IMG/VR virus record: IMGVR_UViG_3300045825_000202
Coordinates: 31,793-95,792 of that record
From: a virus
Strand: one strand, 5' to 3'
DNA length: 64,000 nt
Of the stretch, positions 49,452 through 57,138 are shown piece after piece. The number at the start of each line of letters is the position of its first letter. Within the stretch, counting starts at the first letter, position 1. Both the position numbers and the translations under genes were made by a program. The notes under the pieces were generated by a model that saw only the letters and a program-made list of their open reading frames with translations, did no database searches and had not been told where the DNA came from.

Positions 49452-49760
49452 AAATTGTTTATGTTAGGCTCCCAGTATACCCATGGATTAACCACTATAT
49501 ACCGCCGTGTACTCTTCGGTATAAACAAAACCGGAGCTAGTAGGGATTTAGTCTGATAATCCCAAAAGAGTTGTGCTGATCGCGCTCAGCTTTAGACTAT
49601 ACGCTACCGTATAGTACAGGGGCCTTCACATTGCCCTTACGTCTTTTTATGCTATGAGCATAACGACTATATAATTAGCAACCAGCTGGTTTCTTTGGTT
49701 TCTTACCAGGTGTGGGTGTATCCATTGGCATAGGGGATTTCTTTGGTTTACAGGCCATAA

Positions 49761-50381
49761 TTATTCACTTTCAGGTTTAGGTTTAGTTGCTTCTTCTAAG
49801 TCAGCTTCTTGTTGAAGCAGGACTGTTCGTTGTTCCATTCTGGAAACTAGTTCCTCTACATCCATCCATAAGTCTTTTCCATCTAGAACAGATATAATCT
49901 CTGCTTCTGTTAGAAAGTGCTTATACACTTCACGTAGAAGATTCTCTGACCATTTACGTTCGTACTGCGCTTGTCCATATATTTCATGCCCCTTACCCCC
50001 AACTCCACCGGAGTAGTTATGAACCATGAAACTTGAGAAAGGACTAATCTCAAACCTATCAGCAGATAGGAAGATCATAGTAGCTGCACTCATGCAGTCT
50101 CCTTCGACCGATACGGTAACATGTGCAGCTGTTTCTGCTAGTACACGCATCCATTGAATAGCTGTTGCAAGAACTCCGCCACATGAATTTAGATAAATCT
50201 TTACTTCATCCTCTTCAGTTAGATGACGAATAGTATCAAAGTCTTCCACATAGTCTTCTGGTCCGGTAATAGGTCCTGAAACATAGAACTCATGCATCTT
50301 TGCTAGAATTTTAGGAGGAATCTTACCTGGTTTACCTAGAATAATATTCTCTAGATAATCATCATCACTATTTTTGCTCAT
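49761..50381 (-). CDS. ClpP-like protease
   Basis: IYLNS.GG, CMSAATMIFL, FMVHNYSG, DLWM...E. Confidence 0.85.
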   Translation of the reverse strand: MSKNSDDDYLENIILGKPGKIPPKILAKMHEFYVSGPITGPEDYVEDFDTIRHLTEEDEVKIYLNSCGGVLATAIQWMRVLAETAAHVTVSVEGDCMSAATMIFLSADRFEISPFSSFMVHNYSGGVGGKGHEIYGQAQYERKWSENLLREVYKHFLTEAEIISVLDGKDLWMDVEELVSRMEQRTVLLQQEADLEEATKPKPESE

Positions 50382-50389
50382 GAAGTCCT

Positions 50390-51157
50390 TTAGTTTTTAA
50401 TACTGCGAAGAATATTGGGACGTATACTACGCATTACTTTACATTGTTCCGGATAAGAATTGTGTACCCAAGTATGTCTATCTCCACATTTAATGTGGCT
50501 TACTAATTTTTCATTAGTATTAGTTATTTCGCCTATACGTTTCATGGATAGGTTGGTTCTATACAGTAAAGAAAATATTCTTAATATTGTTATTTTTGAA
50601 TGCTTAAAAGAATTTCTATGAAATTGCCCTATATTAGAGGAATTAACTCTATTTTGCATTAAGAGGTATTGCTTAGGATAAGAATCTTTTAACCATAAAT
50701 GTGAGAAACCACTTTTTATATGCCCTGCTAAATGTATATTTGTATTAGTAATAGTAATACTAGCTATTACTCCTAGGGCTAACTCCGTTTTATATAAAAG
50801 AGAAAACACTCTTAATACTGTAATTCTTGAGTATTTTGAACTACCATGATTAGTACCTGTACCACTTCCGACTACACCAGGTTCTGCTATATTAAGGCCT
50901 ACTGATGGACTTAAGGCATTAAATTCTTTACACCAACATAGTTCTAATGGTAGTAACCTATCTATACTACATTCCTCTAAAACATAAGAGGTAGGGGTTC
51001 CGTAGTTATTATAAGATTTTTGTAGTTTATAATTATAGTGTGAACCTCTTTTAAGAGAGTTAATATGTTGTCTAAGTCGTTCCTCAATATTCTGTGATTG
51101 ACCTATATACACTAAATCTTGCTCCCACCAATAAAGTGAGTAAATTCCTATTGTCAT
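50390..51157 (-). CDS. GIY-YIG homing endonuclease
   Basis: GIYSL..VYIGQS.NIE.R..H; duplicated SK.S.IT.LR.FSLLY unit. Confidence 0.9.
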   Translation of the reverse strand: MTIGIYSLYWWEQDLVYIGQSQNIEERLRQHINSLKRGSHYNYKLQKSYNNYGTPTSYVLEECSIDRLLPLELCWCKEFNALSPSVGLNIAEPGVVGSGTGTNHGSSKYSRITVLRVFSLLYKTELALGVIASITITNTNIHLAGHIKSGFSHLWLKDSYPKQYLLMQNRVNSSNIGQFHRNSFKHSKITILRIFSLLYRTNLSMKRIGEITNTNEKLVSHIKCGDRHTWVHNSYPEQCKVMRSIRPNILRSIKN

Positions 51158-51243
51158 TTTATATTATATTCTCCGTGAAAGAAAAAGACTATCTAGTATT
51201 CACGGTACTAGCAGGGCCGCTAAGCCTTTTCGTCTATAAGTAA

Positions 51244-51315
51244 AAGTAGGTATTAGATTTTAACTAACCTTGTAAGGATTGAAGTCCAGACGCCTAAACA
51301 CTCGGCCAACCTACT
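51244..51315 (-). tRNA. Degenerate Cys-like tRNA with CU-UCA-A anticodon loop
   Basis: AGUAGGU/ACCUACU acceptor, U73, GCCGAGUGUUUAGGC D arm; weak anticodon stem, no CCA. Confidence 0.45.
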
Positions 51316-51326
51316 ATAAATTGAAA

Positions 51327-51439
51327 TGGTAATACCTGGAATCGAACCAGGAAACTAACCCCTTCTTCCGGGCCTATCTGTCATCAACACTAGTACAGGA
51401 GCCAGATTATCGGGGTTCCCGTGTAGTTAGTATATTACC
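51327..51439 (-). ncRNA. tRNA-like RNA with an extended helix replacing the anticodon arm
   Basis: GGUAAUA/UAUUACC; CCUGG-UUCGAUU-CCAGG; AACCCC/GGGGUU closing a ~50-nt insert. Confidence 0.62.
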
Positions 51440-51531
51440 ATAATTAAGTAACCTAGTACGGATATAGGTGTTTCACTTACGTAGGCTAAGTCGGCCGCCT
51501 GCTTACTAACCAGAGTGCACTTAATTATGGT
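51437..51531 (-). ncRNA. Stem-closed element B (13-bp closing stem)
   Basis: accataattaagt / acttaattatggt. Confidence 0.55.
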
Positions 51532-51619
51532 GGAAAGCAGAGGAGTCGAACCCCATCCTATTTCTAAGAACCTGGTTTTCAAGGCCAGTCGCAGGACCAA
51601 CCCCGCTGCATTACTTTCC
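51528..51619 (-). tRNA. tRNA-Ser(UGA), 8/4-type fold
   Basis: GGAAAGUA/UGCUUUCC 8-bp acceptor, 4-bp T stem, long variable arm, loop CUUGAAA, CCA. Confidence 0.75.
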
Positions 51620-51623
51620 TAAT

Positions 51624-51694
51624 TGGATACGGGAGACGCACTCGAAGCGTCTAGGCGGAATTTATGAGACTTGCCTATACCCTGAATTCCCGCA
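51624..51694 (-). tRNA. Short tRNA-Met(CAU)-like gene with reduced D arm
   Basis: UGCGGGA/UCCCGUA, loop CUCAUAA, GACGC-UUCGAGU-GCGUC, CCA; 71 nt. Confidence 0.6.
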
Positions 51695-51704
51695 TTTAAC
51701 TATC

Positions 51705-51778
51705 TGGTTGCCCCTACTGGTTACAATCCAATGTCTTTCCTTTATCAGAGGAAGGCTCTACCATTGAGCTAAGGTGCA
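51705..51778 (-). tRNA. tRNA-Ile(GAU)
   Basis: ttcct-CUGAUAA-aggaa, CCA. Confidence 0.78.
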
Positions 51779-51787
51779 GTATTTAAC

Positions 51788-51880
51788 TGGAAGACGGTCT
51801 GAGGTTCGAACTCAGGAAGCTACTTTAGGTAACTTGGTTCTTTAGCAAAGAACTGCAATCGGCCACTCTGCCAACCGTCC
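51788..51880 (-). tRNA. tRNA-Ser(GCU)
   Basis: gttct-UUGCUAA-agaac, long variable arm, CCA. Confidence 0.88.
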
Positions 51881-52242
51881 AAAATAATAACTTGAATTAG
51901 TATACCCTAAATATATTAATTCAAGTTCTATTAAGATACTTGAAGCTTCGAGTTTGGACAAGGGCTGGCTACCTTTAGAGCTTGAATTAATGCTATGTTA
52001 TTTATGTTCGGACTTACTACCGATTCCTGCTAGAGAAGTCATATTATTTTTGCTGGGGTCTACTGATAAAGTATACTGGACTGACTACCAGTTTAAGCAC
52101 TTACCCATGTTTAGTGCTATCAACACTAGATTACCATACTTTCGAGGCTGGATACTCCTAGCTTATAGTTAGTAGGTCAGATCATTAACCAATTCTAAAG
52201 TCTAGCGTATGTAAGCATCTACAAACTTGTAAATGCTAATTC

Positions 52243-52545
52243 TTAAATATCTCCATAGTCCCATACACGTGGGCCATGCTTTTCTATAAAATCTGCTAAA
52301 CCTTCTTCTGAGGTAGCAGTTACCTCATACTCAAAGTCCCCTGCTACTGTACCATAGTCTATGTGGTATGCTGTAAAATCATTCACCCACATATAGTAGT
52401 TTTCATGAATAAGGCCAGTAATAGTCCAACCATCTGAATGGGTAAATGAACGTACCCCCGTCTCATGAATATGAGACGGGCCATATACCTCTGTAGTTTC
52501 TAAAGTATGGGCCATTCCATCGTCTGCATATGTTTTGATTATCAT
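52243..52545 (-). CDS. Hypothetical protein
   Basis: AAGGA RBS; Y.WVNDF.A.H..YG.V.GDFE..WDYGDI. Confidence 0.7.
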   Translation of the reverse strand: MIIKTYADDGMAHTLETTEVYGPSHIHETGVRSFTHSDGWTITGLIHENYYMWVNDFTAYHIDYGTVAGDFEYEVTATSEEGLADFIEKHGPRVWDYGDI

Positions 52546-52556
52546 AGGTTTCCTTA

Positions 52557-52715
52557 ATTAAAGATTAGACTCTGTGCATATTCTAATGGGTTTAACAAGG
52601 TATTACCTTAATACACCGTTCAGCATCAATAGTCCATACGGGTAATTAGTCGGTATGATACTATATCGTAGCTGTTTCATATTACTTCTGCAGAAGCCAG
52701 AGTTTAATCTTTAAT
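52557..52715 (-). ncRNA. Stem-closed element C (17/18-bp closing stem) directly behind a promoter
   Basis: attaaagattagactctg / cagagtttaatctttaat; TTGAAT-N17-TATAAT at 52733-52761. Confidence 0.62.
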
Positions 52716-52777
52716 GAACTTTCTAAGTAATAATTATATCAAATTTAATTGATAGATTCAAGTTTAAATTCGCTTTG

Positions 52778-52852
52778 CTCCGGCAATTGGAGTTGAACCA
52801 ATTTAATCAGAGAGTAACAGTCTCGCCTATGTCCATACTTAGGTCTACCGGA
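52778..52852 (-). tRNA. tRNA-Asn(GUU), no encoded CCA, leader paired to trailer
   Basis: gaga-CUGUUAC-tctc; ctttgc/gcaaag extends the acceptor helix. Confidence 0.7.
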
Positions 52853-52870
52853 GCAAAGAAAATTTAAGGG

Positions 52871-52942
52871 CAGAGGTGTCAGGATTCAAACCTGAGACGA
52901 CAGAGTCAAAGTCTGTTGTGTTTTCTGCTACACCACACCTCA
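52871..52942 (-). tRNA. tRNA-Gln(UUG)
   Basis: acaga-CUUUGAC-tctgt; 3' end reads GCCC rather than GCCA. Confidence 0.75.
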
Positions 52943-53386
52943 GTAATTAATAAGTCTTAGTCGATAGAAACTGTTCGTAAGTTCGTTCTAGATGTTCAAC
53001 TTCTGTAATTGAAGTAGGTTCGTGAGCATTAACCCATTCATCTAGAGATGGTTTCTCTTTAAACCAAGATCGTAAAATATTGAACAATTCTTTCATTTGA
53101 CTTCCATTACTTGTTTAGTAAATTTACTAAAAGCATCTTCATATAGTTGCTTATTAGCTTTAGCTTCTGTACTAAGCGTAGATAAATAGTTGGCAGGGTA
53201 GGCTACCATACTTTTATAAAACTCGGTAAAATAATCTACTAAAAGTAGGTTACTTGCGAGCACGGTTATACTCAGCGTTTTTCTTCAAACGAGCAGATGC
53301 AGCAGCTTTTTCTGCTTTATCATGATCGCGTTTAGCTTGAGTATCTGAGTCAGGGTTCTTATACATTTAGTTCCTTGTTAAAAATC

Positions 53387-53522
53387 ATATTTAAGAATAC
53401 TACTATCTTTCAACCTTACTATATACTTAGATGCTATGCATATATCAAGCGGTATATAGGTTTTAGGAGTCTTACTTCATAGGGCCCTAGGTAGTAAGCC
53501 AGTCCTTAGTATTCTTAAATAT
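53387..53522 (-). ncRNA. Stem-closed element D (16-bp perfect closing stem)
   Basis: atatttaagaatacta / tagtattcttaaatat. Confidence 0.58.
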
Positions 53523-53524
53523 AG

Positions 53525-53604
53525 TGAACTCATGTGACAGGATTCGAACCTGTATTAGCTCCGAAAAGGGGTGCTTTATTATCCAATTATAAGACTATGA
53601 GTTC
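53525..53604 (-). ncRNA. tRNA-like element with perfect T arm and unassignable anticodon
   Basis: GAACUCAU/AUGAGUUC; ACAGG-UUCGAAU-CCUGU. Confidence 0.5.
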
Positions 53605-53653
53605 TTCAGGTCATGACTCCTGAATATGGCTACTTTTAAGCCTACCCACCTAT

Positions 53654-53765
53654 CATATTTAACAGTACTAAAGCCCGCACTAACGACGTTCAACGATACT
53701 AGAATTACTTCTGCGCGAGGGTTTGTTCTCGTGGGTTTCAATAACTAATAATACTGTTAAATATG
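53654..53765 (-). ncRNA. Stem-closed element E (14-bp closing stem)
   Basis: catatttaacagta / tactgttaaatatg. Confidence 0.58.
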
Positions 53766-53825
53766 GTATAATATACTCACGGTTTATCAATCCGTTCCAG
53801 ACTACACTGACAAGTATATTATACC
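53765..53825 (-). ncRNA. Stem-closed element F (13-bp closing stem), abutting E
   Basis: ggtataatatact / agtatattatacc. Confidence 0.5.
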
Positions 53826-54018
53826 GTAAACTTAATGTACTAGCTTACTACAAGTAATATCGTTCTTGTAAACTAGAGGGTTTCTATCAACCCATTGATC
53901 TCGTCCAAGTACCCAGTTATGCTGAGATAACTGAGGCCAGATATTAGTTTTAGCTTTACGTCCAATAGTAAGAGTTACCTCATGACTAGGGTCTAATGAT
54001 TCTAATAGAGTAATCGCT

Positions 54019-54171
54019 TCATGGGCTTGCATTATCTTTAATCCTATATTGTTCTTCAATAAGACGCTTTAATAGCGCTACCTTACGGTAAGCAGACCCA
54101 CTAAGTGGATGCTCGTCTTGTTCGGCAATTGCCTTTTTTAGTGCTTTTTCTAAACCTTTAATATACTTCAT
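54019..54171 (-). CDS. Small basic protein (50 aa) behind the repeated promoter cassette
   Basis: MKYIKGLEKALKKAIAEQ..; GGAG RBS. Confidence 0.6.
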   Translation of the reverse strand: MKYIKGLEKALKKAIAEQDEHPLSGSAYRKVALLKRLIEEQYRIKDNASP

Positions 54172-54221
54172 ATATTCTCCGTTTAAGCATTAATTATACA
54201 ATGTTTTTATTAGAGATTCAA
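54172..54221 (-). promoter_or_regulatory. Repeated early promoter + leader + RBS cassette
   Basis: TTGAAT-N17-TATAAT-TAATGCTTAAACGGAGAAT. Confidence 0.85.
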
Positions 54222-54797
54222 GTTTAGATTTTTCTAGGTACTTGATACATTTCGTCCGAGTTAGCGGCTTCAACCCACTGACTGAGAAATACTTTAATAG
54301 GAATACCTATATTAGGTATATTTGTAGTAAATAACCACATATTAGGCGTAACTATAAAATAGTTCTTTAAACCATTCTAGCATAGACGCTAAACGTTTAC
54401 GCTCCCACGTAGCTATATAGGAACGGTATGCCCTAAGTTTCTTTTCTTTAATAGATTTTTTCATTATATTCCTAGCGTATATGTCAATGCTCACTTCTCC
54501 CATCACAGGAATATTAACTTGGACCACCTAGTATGTAGACTCAAATAGTACCAAGGATACTAGCTCTTGGTGAAGCATTGACATATACGTTCTAGCAAAA
54601 GAAAAGGGAACCGAAGCTCCCTGTTCTAAATAGAATAAGGGTATCTTATGTATTTATTGTACTTTGTGTATTATGATTAAGCATAGGAACCCTTATATTA
54701 GTACAGGTTACTTATCCTGTGTCTAGAACTTAATTAGACAGGTTTTACAATCTACGACACGACGGCTTTAATTGCCTAATGTGGTGGCTTTGTTGTT

Positions 54798-54876
54798 TGG
54801 TGGACCTTGTGTGAATCGAACACACCTGAAATCCTGCTTGCAAAGCAGGCGACCACGCCATGCAGTCCCAAAGCCC
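54798..54876 (-). tRNA. tRNA-Ala(UGC)
   Basis: G3:U70 pair, cctgc-UUUGCAA-gcagg, CCA. Confidence 0.85.
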
Positions 54877-54917
54877 ATTAATCTTAGTGTTTACTACTAA
54901 ATAAGCACTAAGATTAA

Positions 54918-54991
54918 TGGTCAAGGATGGAAGAATCAAACTTCCGCTTTAGCGTCCCAAACGCAATGTGATATCATTTCACTAATCCCTG
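54918..54991 (-). tRNA. tRNA-Pro(UGG)
   Basis: C1:G72, loop UUUGGGA, CCA. Confidence 0.8.
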
Positions 54992-55289
54992 ATTAGTCTT
55001 TTATTAACCCAGAGCGACGAATCTGGGGATGTATTGTTGTATGTCAGAGTATCATCTATCTCTGTGTCTAAGTAATAATTATAACACTTTGGAAGTCGCG
55101 AAGCAAGTGTAAATTTTTATTGCTATACTTGACTATACAGATACGTAAATACTTCTCTAATATCAACTTCCACAGGTTTCTTATTACCTAATGCTTTATT
55201 AGGACTATTCCACCACTTTTCTGCTAGAAGTCTTGGGCCTAGTAAGTTTGCTAAAATAATGTCACAGTGTTCTTTATAGTTAACCATAT

Positions 55290-55520
55290 TTATTTAACTA
55301 AGGTTTGATTACGTAGAGCAGCAACTGCGTGACAAATATTTTCCCATTCATCAAAGCAAATACGTACTTCGTTAACTTTATCATCTGAACCATCTTGTTC
55401 AAATACTAGAAATGCTCCACCACACTCATCTTCTAGTTTAATATGAATAACTTCTCCATATACTGGATTATCAGATACTTGACCTACGCTAATTGCTGTG
55501 ATTGTGTTAAAGTATTTCAT
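55290..55520 (-). CDS. Hypothetical protein
   Basis: 76-aa ORF downstream of tRNA-Leu. Confidence 0.6.
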   Translation of the reverse strand: MKYFNTITAISVGQVSDNPVYGEVIHIKLEDECGGAFLVFEQDGSDDKVNEVRICFDEWENICHAVAALRNQTLVK

Positions 55521-55534
55521 GGTTTAGTGTAGGT

Positions 55535-55621
55535 TGGTTCCGGGTATCAGAATCGAACTGATACGTCCTTTCGGACATTTGAGTTTAAATCAAATGCGGC
55601 TGCCAGTTACGCCAACCCGGA
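55535..55621 (-). tRNA. tRNA-Leu(UAA)
   Basis: tttga-UUUAAAC-tcaaa, GUCC-GAAA-GGAC variable arm, CCA. Confidence 0.88.
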
Positions 55622-55652
55622 ATTATTAAGTTAATTTTAAGAAAGAACTAAG

Positions 55653-55735
55653 TGCGGGCGACTGGGGTCGAACCAGCACGCCACAAGGACCGGTGCTTCT
55701 AAGGCACCGAAGGCTACCAATTACATCACGCCCGC
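55653..55735 (-). tRNA. tRNA-Leu(UAG), no encoded CCA, leader paired to trailer
   Basis: ggtgc-CUUAGAA-gcacc; agaactaagt/acttagttct extends the acceptor helix by 10 bp. Confidence 0.85.
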
Positions 55736-55750
55736 ACTTAGTTCTCTACC

Positions 55751-55854
55751 CATAATTAAGTAATCAATTAAACTTTACTGCGATTAACTAGCGAGTAGCA
55801 GATTATCATTCTACAAATACGGCACAAGTGCTAAAGTTTGATTACTTAATTATG
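55751..55854 (-). ncRNA. Stem-closed element G (17-bp perfect closing stem)
   Basis: cataattaagtaatcaa / ttgattacttaattatg; inner aacttta/taaagtt helix. Confidence 0.6.
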
Positions 55855-55949
55855 ATGTCTAGCTAAATCCACGCTAGACTATCAGTTGTTAAGCACCGCA
55901 GTAGAATAGTCTCTACTATTGGTCTGATCTTAATCTCTTAGTGATATTT

Positions 55950-56024
55950 TGGAGTCACATAGCAGAATTGAACTGCTATTATTCGGATGAAAACCGAATG
56001 TTCTAACCATTAAACTAATGTGAC
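55950..56024 (-). tRNA. tRNA-Glu(UUC)
   Basis: ttcgg-UUUUCAU-ccgaa, CCA. Confidence 0.85.
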
Positions 56025-56032
56025 AAATTATC

Positions 56033-56124
56033 TGGTAATAGCGATAGGAATCGAACCTATATGAACCAATTATCTGTTGCTTACGGGATATAAATCCGCC
56101 GTTTTACCGTTAAACTACGCTATT
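56033..56124 (-). tRNA. tRNA-Ile(UAU) with long variable arm
   Basis: Loop UUUAUAU, ~22-nt variable region, canonical D and T arms, CCA. Confidence 0.72.
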
Positions 56125-56556
56125 ATATTCTGCCGGTTTCAACCACTCACCCAAGACTCCATAAAAACTATTAGTAAAACGCCAAACGATATGCGATAAA
56201 CTCAGTTATAGAATTAATTTACCGGATTAGGGTTAACTTTGGTAGAATTGCTGTACTACTACTCGTGGTGCCTACACATAGGTAAACTAATGCAAACCAT
56301 AATCTATGGAATATCTAGCCAACAGCAATTAGCCTTGGCACTTTACTAATCTTTCTAAGCAATAATTATATCAAATTTCAAAAGACTTTTCAAGTAAGAA
56401 AAATCAGCGGTCTGCGGTGCGCCCTTTTAATAATGTTTCGACAATTTATATTGCCTTAGGCCTAGGTGGTACGCTTTGCAGGATTATCCGCTGAGTTTAA
56501 ACTTATTATTTCTTTTGATACACTAATTATACATCATTTACTTGCTCTGCGCAAGT

Positions 56557-56754
56557 CTATTTTTTATTTGCCCTATATACCTTAATAGCATCAGCATCTA
56601 GTGATGCGTATACACGAAATTTGTCCTTACCTTTAGAATCGTATAGATCACTAGCCATTTTAGCTAGTGAATCTTGTTTATCTGGTGTAAGTACTGCTGA
56701 ATAGCGGCTCATAAAGGCATCAACTAAGAACTGTTTTGAATATGCTAAAGCCAT
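56557..56754 (-). CDS. Hypothetical early protein
   Basis: Directly behind the repeated promoter/RBS cassette. Confidence 0.72.
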   Translation of the reverse strand: MALAYSKQFLVDAFMSRYSAVLTPDKQDSLAKMASDLYDSKGKDKFRVYASLDADAIKVYRANKK

Positions 56755-56805
56755 TATATTCTCCGTTTAAGCATTAATTATACAGCGTTTTAGCGAGACA
56801 TTCAA
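56755..56805 (-). promoter_or_regulatory. Repeated early promoter + leader + RBS cassette
   Basis: TTGAAT-N17-TATAAT-TAATGCTTAAACGGAGAAT. Confidence 0.85.
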
Positions 56806-56813
56806 GTCTAAAT

Positions 56814-56885
56814 TTACTGTGCTAAACTATCTTTATAATCAAGGAAGTCTTGAAAGTCATCATAATCTTGTTCGTTTGGTAACAT
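56814..56885 (-). CDS. 23-aa acidic micropeptide
   Basis: MLPNEQDYDDFQDFLDYKDSLAQ; sole ORF between two cassette copies. Confidence 0.6.
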   Translation of the reverse strand: MLPNEQDYDDFQDFLDYKDSLAQ

Positions 56886-56937
56886 ATTAATTCTCCGTTT
56901 AAGCATTAATTATACAATGTTTTAGATGAACAATCAA
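56886..56937 (-). promoter_or_regulatory. Repeated early promoter + leader + RBS cassette
   Basis: TTGATT-N17-TATAAT-TAATGCTTAAACGGAGAAT. Confidence 0.85.
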
Positions 56938-56940
56938 GTC

Positions 56941-57138
56941 TCAATTTTGTTTACTGTAAAGATTAACATGATTACCACATTTAGGGCAGATAACATAATA
57001 TTGTTCAGTAGCAATGTTAGCATAGTTTATATGATTAAACTGCTGAATCTCTGAAGAATAGTACTCTATACTAGAGTCACAGATTCTACAAGAGTTATAC
57101 GCTACTGAACTTCTATCAATGCCCTTAATAATTGGCAT
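56941..57138 (-). CDS. Zn-ribbon small protein
   Basis: CRIC...CPKCG. Confidence 0.65.
   Translation of the reverse strand: MPIIKGIDRSSVAYNSCRICDSSIEYYSSEIQQFNHINYANIATEQYYVICPKCGNHVNLYSKQN

Noticed and set aside
49298-54939. Track ORFs 49298-49540(+), 51954-52172(+) and 54745-54939(-)
   Set aside because: They overlap tRNA or ncRNA elements or oppose transcription, and lack an RBS.
52860-55660. HDV-like theta ribozymes after CCA-less tRNAs
   Set aside because: The trailers pair with the leaders, and I could not identify the nested double pseudoknot by eye; a motif search would be needed to exclude it fully.
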